Source: an uncultured Acidimicrobiia bacterium | GTDB lineage: Bacteria > Actinomycetota > Acidimicrobiia > Spongiisociales > JAENVV01 | Length of the DNA stretch: 64,000 nt | Reading direction: 5' to 3' | NCBI GenBank assembly: GCA_965363765.1 | Contig: CBDTUI010000003.1 | Location: 1,103 to 65,102, forward strand | Shown here: positions 18,120 through 27,409 of the stretch, in pieces | Position numbering within the stretch: position 1 is the first letter of the stretch | Layout: every line of letters starts with the position of its first letter | Made by a program: the position numbers and the translations under genes | Notes under the pieces: generated by a model | What the model saw: the letters and a program-made list of their open reading frames with translations, nothing else | What the model was told of the DNA's origin: nothing | Database searches by the model: none

Positions 18120-20327
18120 GTGTTGTTCTCTGACCTTTCCAATCCTGCTGAATCTGATCTTTTTGAAGACCTCAATCCAGTCCAACGCGAAGCCGTGGCT
18201 GTTGTTGATGGTCCGGTCCTGGTGGTCGCCGGAGCCGGGTCTGGCAAGACCCGCGTTCTGACGTACCGAATCGCCCATCTGGTCCGTGACCTGGGCGTTG
18301 CGCCATCGGGGATACTGGCGATCACCTTCACCAATAAGGCTGCCAATGAGATGAGGGAGCGGGTGGCGCATCTGGTCGGCGGGGCGGTCAGAGCGATGTG
18401 GGTTTCGACCTTTCATTCGGCGTGCGTGCGGATCCTCCGTCGCGAAGCACACCGCTTCGGGTATCGATCGCAGTTCTCGATCTACGACTCTGCCGACTCT
18501 CTTCGCCTCATCCAGATGTGTATCTCTGACCTCGATCTGGACTCAAAACGGTTCCCGGCTCGCAACATTCGGGCGGTTATTTCCAACGCCAAGAACGAAC
18601 TCATCGATTACGAGACCTTCCAGTCGCAGGATTCCGGGTTCTATCACGAGACAATCTCGGACGTCTACCGGCTCTACCAGCAGCGGCTGCTGGAGGCATC
18701 CGCAATGGACTTCGACGACCTCCTCATGCTTACTGTTGAGCTGTTCGCGGCATTCCCAGAGGTCTTGGAGGAGTACCAGAAACGCTTCGCCTACATCTTG
18801 GTCGACGAGTATCAGGACACAAATCTGGCCCAGTACCGACTCGTTGCTCAGCTGTCCGGCTATCACCGGAACATCTGTGTCGTCGGCGACGCCGACCAGA
18901 GCGTTTACCGCTTTCGAGGCGCCGATATGCGCAACATTCTGGATTTCGAGAAGGATTATCCCGACGCCCGGGTAATCGTGCTTGAGCAGAATTACCGCTC
19001 AACAGAAACCGTGTTGGACGCCGCCAATGCGGTCATCTCCAACAACCCGCAACGGAAACCGAAGCGACTGTGGACCGACCGGGGTCCTGGCGAAAAGATC
19101 ACGTACTTTCAGGGAGACGACGAACACGGGGAGAGTTCGTTCATCGCCGATCAGATTTCCGGGTTCGAGGAAGCTGGAATGTCGCTAGACGACATGGCGG
19201 TGTTTTACCGAACCAACGCCCAATCACGTGTCATTGAAGACGTGTTCGTGCGCTACGGCATCCCGTACAACGTGGTCGGTGGGCTCAAGTTCTACGAACG
19301 GCGTGAGATCAAGGATGCCCTCGCTTACCTACGGGTACTCGTCAACCCCGACGACCAGGTGGCCGTCAAGCGCATCATCAACGTTCCGAAACGTTCGATT
19401 GGAACGACCTCAGTCGGGCACGTAGACCGTTATGCCCAGGCCAATGGACTGACCTTCTATGACGCATTACGCCAGGTTGACAACGTTTCCCAACTCAATG
19501 CACGCGCCCTTGGGCGCATCAAAGACTTCCTCTTGCTTTATGACGCCCTCGTTGCCAAGGCATCCGTCGGCGGGCCCCGGGCAGCTCTCGATTCGGTACT
19601 GGTCGACTCCGGCTATCTCGACGAGATCGAGGCAGAAAAAACGGTTGAGGCACTCGGCAGGGCGGAGAACCTGCGCGAACTTCAATCGGGTATCGAGGAC
19701 TTTGTCGGGGGGATGGAAGGGTCGCTGGTCGACGACGTCGAATGGGATGACCTCGATGGCCTGGCTCAGCTACAAACGTACCTTGAGGCCGTTTCGCTAG
19801 TCGCCGATGTCGACGACCTCGAAGACGGATCAGGAGCGGTCACATTGATGACGCTCCATAACGCCAAAGGTCTGGAGTTCCCAGTGGTGTTTGTGGCCGG
19901 CATGGAAGACGGTGTGTTCCCTCACATTCGAAGCCTGGGTGATCCAGCCGAACTCGAAGAGGAGCGCAGACTTGCCTACGTGGGGATCACGAGAGCGATG
20001 GATCGCCTGTTCCTCACGCACTCGGTCAGTCGCATGTTGTTTGGCCAGACCAACTACAACCCTCCTTCTCGATTTTTGAAGGAAATCCCGGAACATCTCT
20101 ATGAGCGGGCAGAACGCCGAACTCCCCGCAAGACGGAGAAACCTCGCCAAACGGTGGCGGCATCAGACATCGCGATTGGCGATCGGGTTCGCCACGACAA
20201 GTGGGGTTCAGGACTGGTCATGGACATCCGCGGAACTGGCGATCGGGCCGAAGCAGATGTGCGTTTCGACAGCGAAGGTGTGAAGCGTTTACTGCTGGCG
20301 TGGGCCCCGATCCGAAAAGACAGTTGA
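18120..20327 (+). CDS. pcrA: ATP-dependent DNA helicase PcrA/UvrD family
   Basis: It carries a Walker A motif (AGAGSGKTRVLTYRIAHL), UvrD motifs (…TFTNKAANEM…, …VDEYQDTN…, …TLHNAKGLEFPVVFV…) and a C-terminal Tudor-like tail; the product is 735 aa with a GTG start. Confidence 0.92.
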   Translation: MLFSDLSNPAESDLFEDLNPVQREAVAVVDGPVLVVAGAGSGKTRVLTYRIAHLVRDLGVAPSGILAITFTNKAANEMRERVAHLVGGAVRAMWVSTFHSACVRILRREAHRFGYRSQFSIYDSADSLRLIQMCISDLDLDSKRFPARNIRAVISNAKNELIDYETFQSQDSGFYHETISDVYRLYQQRLLEASAMDFDDLLMLTVELFAAFPEVLEEYQKRFAYILVDEYQDTNLAQYRLVAQLSGYHRNICVVGDADQSVYRFRGADMRNILDFEKDYPDARVIVLEQNYRSTETVLDAANAVISNNPQRKPKRLWTDRGPGEKITYFQGDDEHGESSFIADQISGFEEAGMSLDDMAVFYRTNAQSRVIEDVFVRYGIPYNVVGGLKFYERREIKDALAYLRVLVNPDDQVAVKRIINVPKRSIGTTSVGHVDRYAQANGLTFYDALRQVDNVSQLNARALGRIKDFLLLYDALVAKASVGGPRAALDSVLVDSGYLDEIEAEKTVEALGRAENLRELQSGIEDFVGGMEGSLVDDVEWDDLDGLAQLQTYLEAVSLVADVDDLEDGSGAVTLMTLHNAKGLEFPVVFVAGMEDGVFPHIRSLGDPAELEEERRLAYVGITRAMDRLFLTHSVSRMLFGQTNYNPPSRFLKEIPEHLYERAERRTPRKTEKPRQTVAASDIAIGDRVRHDKWGSGLVMDIRGTGDRAEADVRFDSEGVKRLLLAWAPIRKDS

Positions 20328-20389
20328 ACTTCGCCGTGGTTGCCGTTTAGCCAACGGAACCTGACGGCCGCAGCGGTAGACTCGCTTCG

Positions 20390-20782
20390 ATGCCTCGCAG
20401 AATTCTGATCGCCAAACCGGGTCTCGACGGCCATGATCGTGGTGCAAAGGTTATTGCCAGGGCGCTGCGCGACGCCGGCTGTGAGGTCATCTACTCGGGC
20501 CTGCACCGTACTCCGGCTCAGATCGTGGCCATGGCACTGGAGGAAGACGTCGACGCGATCGGGTTGTCGACGTTGTCGGGCGCCCATCTGACGCTGTTTC
20601 CGCTCGTCATGGATGCATTGCGGACGGCCGGGGTCGAAGACATTCTTGTATTCGGAGGGGGCATCATTCCGGCTGACGACGCCGAGACCCTGCTAAAAGC
20701 CGGCCTGGCGCGGATATTTACACCAGGTTCGGCGCTGGCGGAGATCACCGAGTGGGTCAATACCACGGTGCCCGAACGGTAA
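20390..20782 (+). CDS. Cobalamin (B12)-binding domain protein (methylmalonyl-CoA mutase C-terminal-domain-like)
   Basis: MPRRILIAKPGLDGHDRGAKVIARALRDAGCEVIYSG…DAIGLS…GG contains the DxHxxG B12-binding motif. At 130 aa it is a stand-alone small subunit. Confidence 0.8.
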   Translation: MPRRILIAKPGLDGHDRGAKVIARALRDAGCEVIYSGLHRTPAQIVAMALEEDVDAIGLSTLSGAHLTLFPLVMDALRTAGVEDILVFGGGIIPADDAETLLKAGLARIFTPGSALAEITEWVNTTVPER

Positions 20783-20882
20783 AGCCAGCCCGGTCGCAAC
20801 GAACGGCCGCTACCGCTTTGCCGATTGGCGGGTATATGGGCATAATGTTGTTTCCCCGCAACACCGCACCAGGAGTTTGGTC

Positions 20883-21557
20883 ATGGAAGTTTCTTTACGG
20901 GCCGAAGCCGGCCGCCAGCAAGGTAGCCGAGCGTCTCGCCGTTTACGTCGAGCCGGGTCGGTTCCTGCCGTTCTGTACGGGCACGGTATCGATCCGCTTG
21001 CGATCGCCGTAAACCACCGGGAGTTTGCCGCCATCCTCAAGGGCGAGGCTGGCGATAACGCCATTATTTCGCTGAATGTCGACGGACATGGAACCTTCAC
21101 GACCCTTGCTCGCGAGATTCTCAAGAACCCGACGAAACCGTTCATCAATCATGTTGACTTCCTCCAAATCTCACTCGACGAACTCGTTACGGTCGAGGTC
21201 GACCTTGAGTTCCTCGGCGAACCACTCGGTGTTCGCAACGACGGGGGCATTGTCGAAACGATGCGAGTCTCAGTCGAGATCGAAGCCCTTCCGACGGCCA
21301 TCCCTGGCCACATCGATGTGGACATCAGCCATCTTGAAGTCCACGACCTCATTACGGTCGGCGACCTTCCGAAGATCGAAGGGGTTACCTACCTCGACGA
21401 CGACGACACGCCGATTGTGACCGTTTCGCTGCCATCTGCGGTTCTTGCCGAAGAAGACGAAGCAGCCGTCGAGGGCGAAGAGGGCGAAGAGGGCGAAGAA
21501 GGTGCCGAGACCGAGGGCGAAGAGGGCGAAGATGCCGCGGAGGACGATGGCGAATAG
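20883..21557 (+). CDS. rplY: 50S ribosomal protein L25 / general stress protein Ctc
   Basis: The L25/Ctc N-domain (…RRLRRAGSVPAVLYGHG…) and beta-barrel C-domain are present. The acidic C-terminal tail is encoded by a 9-bp gagggcgaa (EGE) repeat. An AGGAG ribosome-binding site precedes the ATG at 20883. Confidence 0.9.
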   Translation: MEVSLRAEAGRQQGSRASRRLRRAGSVPAVLYGHGIDPLAIAVNHREFAAILKGEAGDNAIISLNVDGHGTFTTLAREILKNPTKPFINHVDFLQISLDELVTVEVDLEFLGEPLGVRNDGGIVETMRVSVEIEALPTAIPGHIDVDISHLEVHDLITVGDLPKIEGVTYLDDDDTPIVTVSLPSAVLAEEDEAAVEGEEGEEGEEGAETEGEEGEDAAEDDGE

Positions 21558-21583
21558 TTCGCCACAGCTCTGATCGGTCGGCG

Positions 21584-22171
21584 ATGCACGTAATCGTTGG
21601 CCTGCATAACCCTGAGTCGCACTACGCCGGAACGCGCCACAACGTCGGAGCCGAGGTTGTGGACGAACTGGCTCGCCGTTGGGATCTACCCTTCAAACGA
21701 GGACCGATGCGGGTGCGCTCTATGGTGGCTCGCGGGTCGGTTGGTGGCGAGTCAGTCATCCTGGCGCTCCCGAGTGTCAACATGAACCTGTCCGGTGCAC
21801 CCGTCTCGTCGGTCCTCAAGTATTTCAAAGCAGAACCAGACGGATTGCTCGTGTGTCACGACGACATTGACCTGCCGTTCGCCAGGCTTCGCCTCGCCAC
21901 CAATAGCGGCGCCGGGGGACACAACGGCATCAAATCCGTGGCATCTGCGCTGGGGACCAGGGAGTTCTGGCGTCTCAAGATCGGGGTCGGCCGACCACCC
22001 GGTCGAATGGACCCGGCCACATATGTACTCAAACCGTTCGCCAAGGCCGAACGCCCCGAAATCGATCACCTCATTCAGGATGCGGCCGATGTAGCCGAAC
22101 GGTTCCTCGTGGATCGCGCCGCCGCCATTCAAATGGCCGGCGAGAGGCGCCCCCCAGACGGTTCCCAGTAG
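21584..22171 (+). CDS. pth: Peptidyl-tRNA hydrolase
   Basis: [30 protein letters not shown]… is the Pth family N-terminus with the catalytic His; the product is 195 aa. Confidence 0.93.
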   Translation: MHVIVGLHNPESHYAGTRHNVGAEVVDELARRWDLPFKRGPMRVRSMVARGSVGGESVILALPSVNMNLSGAPVSSVLKYFKAEPDGLLVCHDDIDLPFARLRLATNSGAGGHNGIKSVASALGTREFWRLKIGVGRPPGRMDPATYVLKPFAKAERPEIDHLIQDAADVAERFLVDRAAAIQMAGERRPPDGSQ

Positions 22172-22181
22172 GCTCGGATCC

Positions 22182-23687
22182 ATGGCTCACAGTCCTCATA
22201 TGTACGTTGGTTCGCTGGATCAAGGCACGACATCGACCCGTTTTATCCTGTTCGATCAGGCGGGATCGATTGTCTCGTCGGCCCAGCAGGAACATGAACA
22301 GATCTTCCCCAGAGCCGGGTGGGTGGAACATGACGCCAACGAGATCCGGCTTCGGATCGATCAGGTGATCGGCGAAGCGATGGCGAATATCTCGGCTTCC
22401 CCGGCGGATCTTGCCGCGATTGGTGTCACCAATCAGCGAGAGACGACCCTGCTGTGGGATCGTAAGACTGGCGAGCCGATCGGAAATGCGGTCGTCTGGC
22501 AGGACGTGCGAACCGCCGAGATCTGCGGGAGCCTCGCCGCTGAGCACGGCCAGGATCGTTTCCGGGCCAAGACCGGCTTGCCACTCGCCACGTATTTTGC
22601 GGGACCGAAAATCGCCTGGCTACTCGACAACACTGCCGGGCTGCGCGATCGGGCCGAGGCTGGTGAGATCGCCTTCGGGACCATGGATTCTTGGGTGGTC
22701 TGGAACTTGACCGGCGGCCGTGACGGCGGGTTGCATATCACCGACGTCACCAATGCAAGCCGTACCCTGCTCATGGACCTGGCCACGCTTGAGTGGGATT
22801 CGGAGTTGCTCGACGCCGTTGGAGTCCCCAGCGCGGTGCTACCGGAGATAAGACCGTCGGTTCAGGTGTACGGCGAGGCCAAAGGTCAACTGGCGGGGGT
22901 TCGGATCGCCGGCATCCTTGGCGACCAGCAGGCGGCCCTGTTCGGGCAAACGTGTTTCTCTCCTGGCGAGGCCAAAAACACATACGGAACCGGCTGTTTC
23001 ATGCTTTTGAACACCGGGACCGAACTGGTGCCTTCAGCAGCAGGACTACTGACGACAGTCGCGTATCAGATCGATGGCCAAGCACCGGTGTACGCTCTGG
23101 AGGGTTCAATCGCGATTGCCGGAGCGCTCGTGCAGTGGCTCCGTGACAACCTTGGGATGATCGACTCCTCCGAGGAGATTGAGGCGCTGGCAAGTTCGGT
23201 GGAGGACAACGGCGGAGTGTACATCGTGCCTGCTTTCAGCGGACTCTTCGCACCTTATTGGCGGGACGATGCAAGGGGCGTAATCACCGGACTGACTCGG
23301 TACGCCAATCGCGGGCACATCGCCAGGGCCGCTCTGGAAGCGGTTGCGTTCCAGACCAAAGAGGTGCTCGACGCCATGTTCTTGGATTCGGGGGTTGAAC
23401 TTGCTGCTCTCAAAGTCGATGGGGGCATGGTGGTCAACGAACTGCTCATGCAGTTTCAAGCTGACCTACTCGATGTGCCGGTGGTGCGTCCGGCTGTCGC
23501 TGAAACAACCGCTCTCGGTGCCGCCTACGCGGCGGGTCTGGCGGTCGGGTTCTGGCCCGACTTCGACTCGTTGCGAGCCAACTGGTCGATATCGAAAACG
23601 TGGGAACCGAACATGGACGCCGACCGGCGCAACGCCGAATACGCATCCTGGAAGAAGGCAGTCACCAAGAGCTTCGACTGGGTCTAG
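22182..23687 (+). CDS. glpK: Glycerol kinase
   Basis: The FGGY kinase N-terminus is present ([18 protein letters not shown]). The product is 501 aa; an alternative start lies at ATG 22200. Confidence 0.93.
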   Translation: MAHSPHMYVGSLDQGTTSTRFILFDQAGSIVSSAQQEHEQIFPRAGWVEHDANEIRLRIDQVIGEAMANISASPADLAAIGVTNQRETTLLWDRKTGEPIGNAVVWQDVRTAEICGSLAAEHGQDRFRAKTGLPLATYFAGPKIAWLLDNTAGLRDRAEAGEIAFGTMDSWVVWNLTGGRDGGLHITDVTNASRTLLMDLATLEWDSELLDAVGVPSAVLPEIRPSVQVYGEAKGQLAGVRIAGILGDQQAALFGQTCFSPGEAKNTYGTGCFMLLNTGTELVPSAAGLLTTVAYQIDGQAPVYALEGSIAIAGALVQWLRDNLGMIDSSEEIEALASSVEDNGGVYIVPAFSGLFAPYWRDDARGVITGLTRYANRGHIARAALEAVAFQTKEVLDAMFLDSGVELAALKVDGGMVVNELLMQFQADLLDVPVVRPAVAETTALGAAYAAGLAVGFWPDFDSLRANWSISKTWEPNMDADRRNAEYASWKKAVTKSFDWV

Positions 23688-23696
23688 CCAACCGGA

Positions 23697-25331
23697 CTAG
23701 AGGCCCTCGTTGATCAGTTCGGTTTCGAACTGATCAAGCTGGTCGGTCGTTTCGGCGTCAGACCAGGCAAGCGCCCTAGCTAATTCAGCAGCGATCGCTT
23801 TGGCGTCATCGCGGCCGTGGCTCCTCGAGAACCATGCCAGGTGCGTTCGCCGGAGGGCGAAGTCACCGATGGTTGTCGCTCCTTCATGGCGGGCGGTGTA
23901 CGCCACTTCGGCGAGGAGCGTGGTTCCGTCGGAAAGCGAAGTGCCGAGGGCCTTGTCTGCCTGAATAGCGCTCACGATGTCCTGAGCTCGTGCCCCGTAA
24001 CGCCTGAGGAGGTTGCGGCTGTGAGTAGCGTCAACGCCGAGGCCGGTGAGCTGGTCGGCCACCACTGCATCAGCCTGTGAGCCGGCCGCCGCCCCGATCA
24101 ACAGTTCGACATCGGTGCGGGATTTCTTGTCGGCTTTGAGACGCTTGGCGACTACATCGACCGTTTCCTCGGCAATTCGACGGTACGTCGTCAATTTGCC
24201 TCCGGCCACCTGGACATAGCCCGGGGTGATCGTGATCACCTCATGGCCCCGCGACGCCTTGGCCGTTGAGCCGTCGCTGTCCATCAACGCCCGCAGCCCG
24301 GAAAAGGCCGAGATCGGTTCAGCATCGCCAATGTCGAGGTACATCCGCAGGTGGCGCATAAGATACTCGACATCCTCGTCAGTCGCCCGAGGTTGGGCGG
24401 GGTCATCCGTATAGGGGGTGTCGGTGGTCCCGACCATGGCAGTATCGAGCCATGGGACCACGAACATAACCCGCCCGTCGTCGGTTTCGGGGAGAAGAAG
24501 GGCCTGGTCACCGATGCCGAGGGCTGCCTTGTCCATGATGAGGTGGGCCCCGGCCGACAGTCGTACCGATGCTGCCTCGGCCTCCCCAGCCGGAGGCGGC
24601 TTAATGGCTCCGGTGGCGGCGATAACCGTACGGGCCTTGACGCAAGACTGATCACCGGTGAACTGATCCTTGAGGTGGACGCGGAATCCGTCCCCTTCTC
24701 GATCGACGCGACTGGCGGCCACATGATTGACAGCGAGGGCGCCGTACCGTTCGACGGCGGTCTTGAGGACGGTTAAGACGAGGCGAGAATCATCAGTTTG
24801 CGCGTCCATAAACCCGAACCCGCCATTGAGGCCGCTCTTGAGCAGTTTGGGAGCGAACGTCAAAAGTTCGTCGCGGGATACGGCTCGATGAGACCCGCGC
24901 GGGCGCCTTCCCAGGGTGTCGTAAAGCAGCAAGCCCATTCGCATCGCCAGGGGAGCGAACCGCGGGGCCGAGGCCCACGACGGCAGGTCGGCAAGTCGAC
25001 GGCCCCGGTACATGGGAATCAGAAACTCGAGGGGGTCATAGAGGAAGTCGGCGGTCCTAGCCAGGATCTTCTGTTCGGCGAGCCCTTCGTGAACCAGCCC
25101 GAATTCGAAGTGAGAAAGGTACCGAATGCCACCGTGGAAAAGCTTCGTCGACCGACTCGACGTCCCGGACGAGAAGTCCGACATTTCGACGAGTCCCACT
25201 CGCAAGCCGCGGGTGGCAGCGTCGAGTGCGGAACCCGCCCCGGTGACGCCGCCCCCGATGACGAGGACATCGAGTTCTTCTGTTGTGGCAAATCTGTTCA
25301 GGTGCTCGGCGCGCGTCCAGGTTTTCTCCAT
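23697..25331 (-). CDS. glpD: FAD-dependent glycerol-3-phosphate dehydrogenase
   Basis: It has an FAD-binding GxGxxG (LDVLVIGGGVTGAGSALDAATRG) and a DAO_C domain; the product is 544 aa. It is convergent with glpK. Confidence 0.9.
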   Translation of the reverse strand: MEKTWTRAEHLNRFATTEELDVLVIGGGVTGAGSALDAATRGLRVGLVEMSDFSSGTSSRSTKLFHGGIRYLSHFEFGLVHEGLAEQKILARTADFLYDPLEFLIPMYRGRRLADLPSWASAPRFAPLAMRMGLLLYDTLGRRPRGSHRAVSRDELLTFAPKLLKSGLNGGFGFMDAQTDDSRLVLTVLKTAVERYGALAVNHVAASRVDREGDGFRVHLKDQFTGDQSCVKARTVIAATGAIKPPPAGEAEAASVRLSAGAHLIMDKAALGIGDQALLLPETDDGRVMFVVPWLDTAMVGTTDTPYTDDPAQPRATDEDVEYLMRHLRMYLDIGDAEPISAFSGLRALMDSDGSTAKASRGHEVITITPGYVQVAGGKLTTYRRIAEETVDVVAKRLKADKKSRTDVELLIGAAAGSQADAVVADQLTGLGVDATHSRNLLRRYGARAQDIVSAIQADKALGTSLSDGTTLLAEVAYTARHEGATTIGDFALRRTHLAWFSRSHGRDDAKAIAAELARALAWSDAETTDQLDQFETELINEGL

Positions 25332-25417
25332 CCAGAGAACGCTAGTGGCCCTCTGCGCCGGTCCAAATCCACCAGGGGAGTCGAACGGACGAATGTCCGC
25401 GGTACTATCGACCCTTA

Positions 25418-25951
25418 ATGCGAGTTTCCGTGTCCGATCAACTTGCCATATTGCGGATGGTGCTGGTTCCCGTGGTGATGGCCCTCATCATCACAGACGT
25501 CCGAATGTGGGCGGCGATTCTGTTCGTCGTGGCCGCCATCACTGACTTCCTCGATGGCTATTTGGCCAGGAGGATGGGCCAGCTGACTGTCGTCGGGGCG
25601 TTCCTGGATTCGACCGCTGACAAGATGCTCGTGACCGGGACTTTTCTGGCGCTCATCGCCGTCGATCGTGCCTCGATCTGGATTGCGGGCATCATCATTA
25701 CGCGGGAGTTTGCGGTAATGGCCTTGCGGAGTCTGGCCGGACTGGAGGGCATTCACGTTCCTCCGTCGATTTGGGGCAAGCTCAAGGCGAATGCCCAGTT
25801 CGTCGCCCTAGGGTTTGCGATCGTTAGGTCTGGCGACCGGCTGGGCGGCTGGTTCCTCGATGAGTACCTCATGGTGGTCGCCGTTCTGTTCACGCTTTAC
25901 TCCGGATGGGACTACATCAGGACGTTCTTTTCCAGTCGCAGTGTTGCTTAA
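25418..25951 (+). CDS. pgsA: CDP-alcohol phosphatidyltransferase (phosphatidylglycerophosphate synthase-like)
   Basis: The CDP-OH_P_transf motif D-G-x2-A-R-x8-G-x3-D-x3-D is present (FLDGYLARRMGQLTVVGAFLDSTADK); it is a multi-TM protein. Confidence 0.88.
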   Translation: MRVSVSDQLAILRMVLVPVVMALIITDVRMWAAILFVVAAITDFLDGYLARRMGQLTVVGAFLDSTADKMLVTGTFLALIAVDRASIWIAGIIITREFAVMALRSLAGLEGIHVPPSIWGKLKANAQFVALGFAIVRSGDRLGGWFLDEYLMVVAVLFTLYSGWDYIRTFFSSRSVA

Positions 25952-25992
25952 TGAGTGTTGCTTAATGAGTGTTGCCTAATGAGTGCGGTCTG
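25937..25992. repeat. 14-bp tandem repeat (agtgttgcttaatg) in 3–4 degenerating copies
   Basis: The sequence reads agtgttgcttaatg agtgttgcttaatg agtgttgcctaatg agtgcggtctgatg. It spans the pgsA stop codon (TAA inside copy 1) and fills the whole intergenic space up to the ATG of the next gene. Confidence 0.85.
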
Positions 25993-26928
25993 ATGCGGAC
26001 GGCGGCCGTGACCGGAGGTACCGGGACTGTGGGTCGAGCCACGCTGGATGAACTGAGATCGGCGGGCTGGCACGTGAAGGCGCTCGCACGCTCCGATGAA
26101 TCGGCGGCTTCACTCCCTGGCGAAGTCGAAGCTATCCGTGGCCATCTCGAGGACTCATCTGCTTTGGATCGTCTGGTTAGCGGTGCTGACACCGTGTTCC
26201 ACATCGGCGGTGTGAACACGATGTGTGTCGCCGATCGCCAGGCGATGTGGGCCGTCAACGTCGACGCCCCCTCCGCAGTATTTGAAGCAGCCGGACGGGC
26301 AGGGGTCCGCCGGATGGTTCACATTTCGTCAGCTGCAACGGTCGGCCATCGAACCTCCTTCTATGCGGAAACCAAGTGGGCCGCCGACCAGCGCCTACGG
26401 GAACTGGCTCCTCGTCACGATATCGAGTTGGCGCTCGTGGCTCCGAGTTCCGTTCAGGGCCCTGGCCGGGCGACCGGAACCGGCAAACTCATTCTTGACA
26501 TCGTTGCTGGCCGGGTAAAGGTAATGATCGACACAGCTATTTCGATTGTCGACATCGACGACTGCGCCAAAGCCATCCGATTGGCGGCCGATGCGGACGA
26601 GATTGATGATCTGCTCGTTGTATCGGGGTTCACGGTCACGACGAGAGAGGCGCTGGAGCTCCTCGAATCAATCACGGGCCGGCCGGTGGGCCTCCGGTTT
26701 GTTCCCGCCCGGGCGGTCCGGGCCCTGGTAGGCCTAGGTCCTTTGCTCGGGCCGATCGGACGCATTGCTGGGGTTGAACTGTGCGCTGAGATGATTCGGA
26801 CGATGACTGTTGATCACATTCATGACGGCTCAGCGGCGGCTCGGAAGTTGAGAATGACCTACCGGGCGCCCTCCGATACCTTCGAGCGATTGATCGATTG
26901 GGCTGACACCGAGGGGAGGCTTAGGTGA
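25993..26928 (+). CDS. NAD(P)-dependent epimerase/dehydratase family oxidoreductase (extended SDR)
   Basis: It has a Rossmann motif at the N-terminus (MRTAAVTGGTGTVGRATLDEL) and the SDR architecture. The start is moved to the ATG at 25993. Confidence 0.8.
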   Translation: MRTAAVTGGTGTVGRATLDELRSAGWHVKALARSDESAASLPGEVEAIRGHLEDSSALDRLVSGADTVFHIGGVNTMCVADRQAMWAVNVDAPSAVFEAAGRAGVRRMVHISSAATVGHRTSFYAETKWAADQRLRELAPRHDIELALVAPSSVQGPGRATGTGKLILDIVAGRVKVMIDTAISIVDIDDCAKAIRLAADADEIDDLLVVSGFTVTTREALELLESITGRPVGLRFVPARAVRALVGLGPLLGPIGRIAGVELCAEMIRTMTVDHIHDGSAAARKLRMTYRAPSDTFERLIDWADTEGRLR

Positions 26929-27359
26929 GTACCGAGCCATTGACACCCGCAGAGGTGAACACGTTCATTGAGGCGCAGTACCCGTCGGCGGCAGCGACCG
27001 GGACCCGGTGCGTCGCGGTCGGTGACCGCAGGGCGACGGCCAGCTGGACATATGATCCCGGTCAGCTTCGGCCAGGGGGGTATATCTCAGGCCCGACCCA
27101 GTTTTCCCTGGCCGATGCTGCCTTGTGGTTTGCCGTGTTCACTGTCGTTGGCCTGCAGCCGATGGCGGTGACGTCGCGGATGTCGATCGATTTTCTACGA
27201 CCAGCGGTGGGAGGGGATCTGTATGGCGCTGCGGAGATCGTGAAAGTGGGCCGATCTGGCCTCGTTGGACACATTCGGCTGTGGGTCGGCGAAGACGAGA
27301 GTCGCCTGGTCGCTCTCGCAACCGGCACGTATGTTGCTCCGGCGGATTTGTTCGACTGA
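26925..27359 (+). CDS. Hotdog-fold thioesterase (PaaI/YbgC-like)
   Basis: The hotdog-fold pattern (…AAEIVKVGRSGLVGHIRLWVGEDESRLVALATGTYV) is present; the product is 144 aa. It overlaps the upstream gene by 4 nt. Confidence 0.7.
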   Translation: MSTEPLTPAEVNTFIEAQYPSAAATGTRCVAVGDRRATASWTYDPGQLRPGGYISGPTQFSLADAALWFAVFTVVGLQPMAVTSRMSIDFLRPAVGGDLYGAAEIVKVGRSGLVGHIRLWVGEDESRLVALATGTYVAPADLFD

Positions 27360-27409
27360 CGATCAGCTGACGATCAACTGAGCCCGAGCGCTACGATGCG
27401 TTCCCGCAT

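Noticed and set aside
21470-21550. The GAGGGCGAA repeat tract as a non-coding satellite
   Set aside because: It lies inside the L25/Ctc coding frame and encodes the acidic EGE-repeat C-terminal tail typical of actinobacterial L25.
25937-25992. The tandem repeat as a CRISPR array
   Set aside because: The units are 14 bp with no spacers and are directly adjacent; this is a simple tandem repeat. There are no cas genes in the window.
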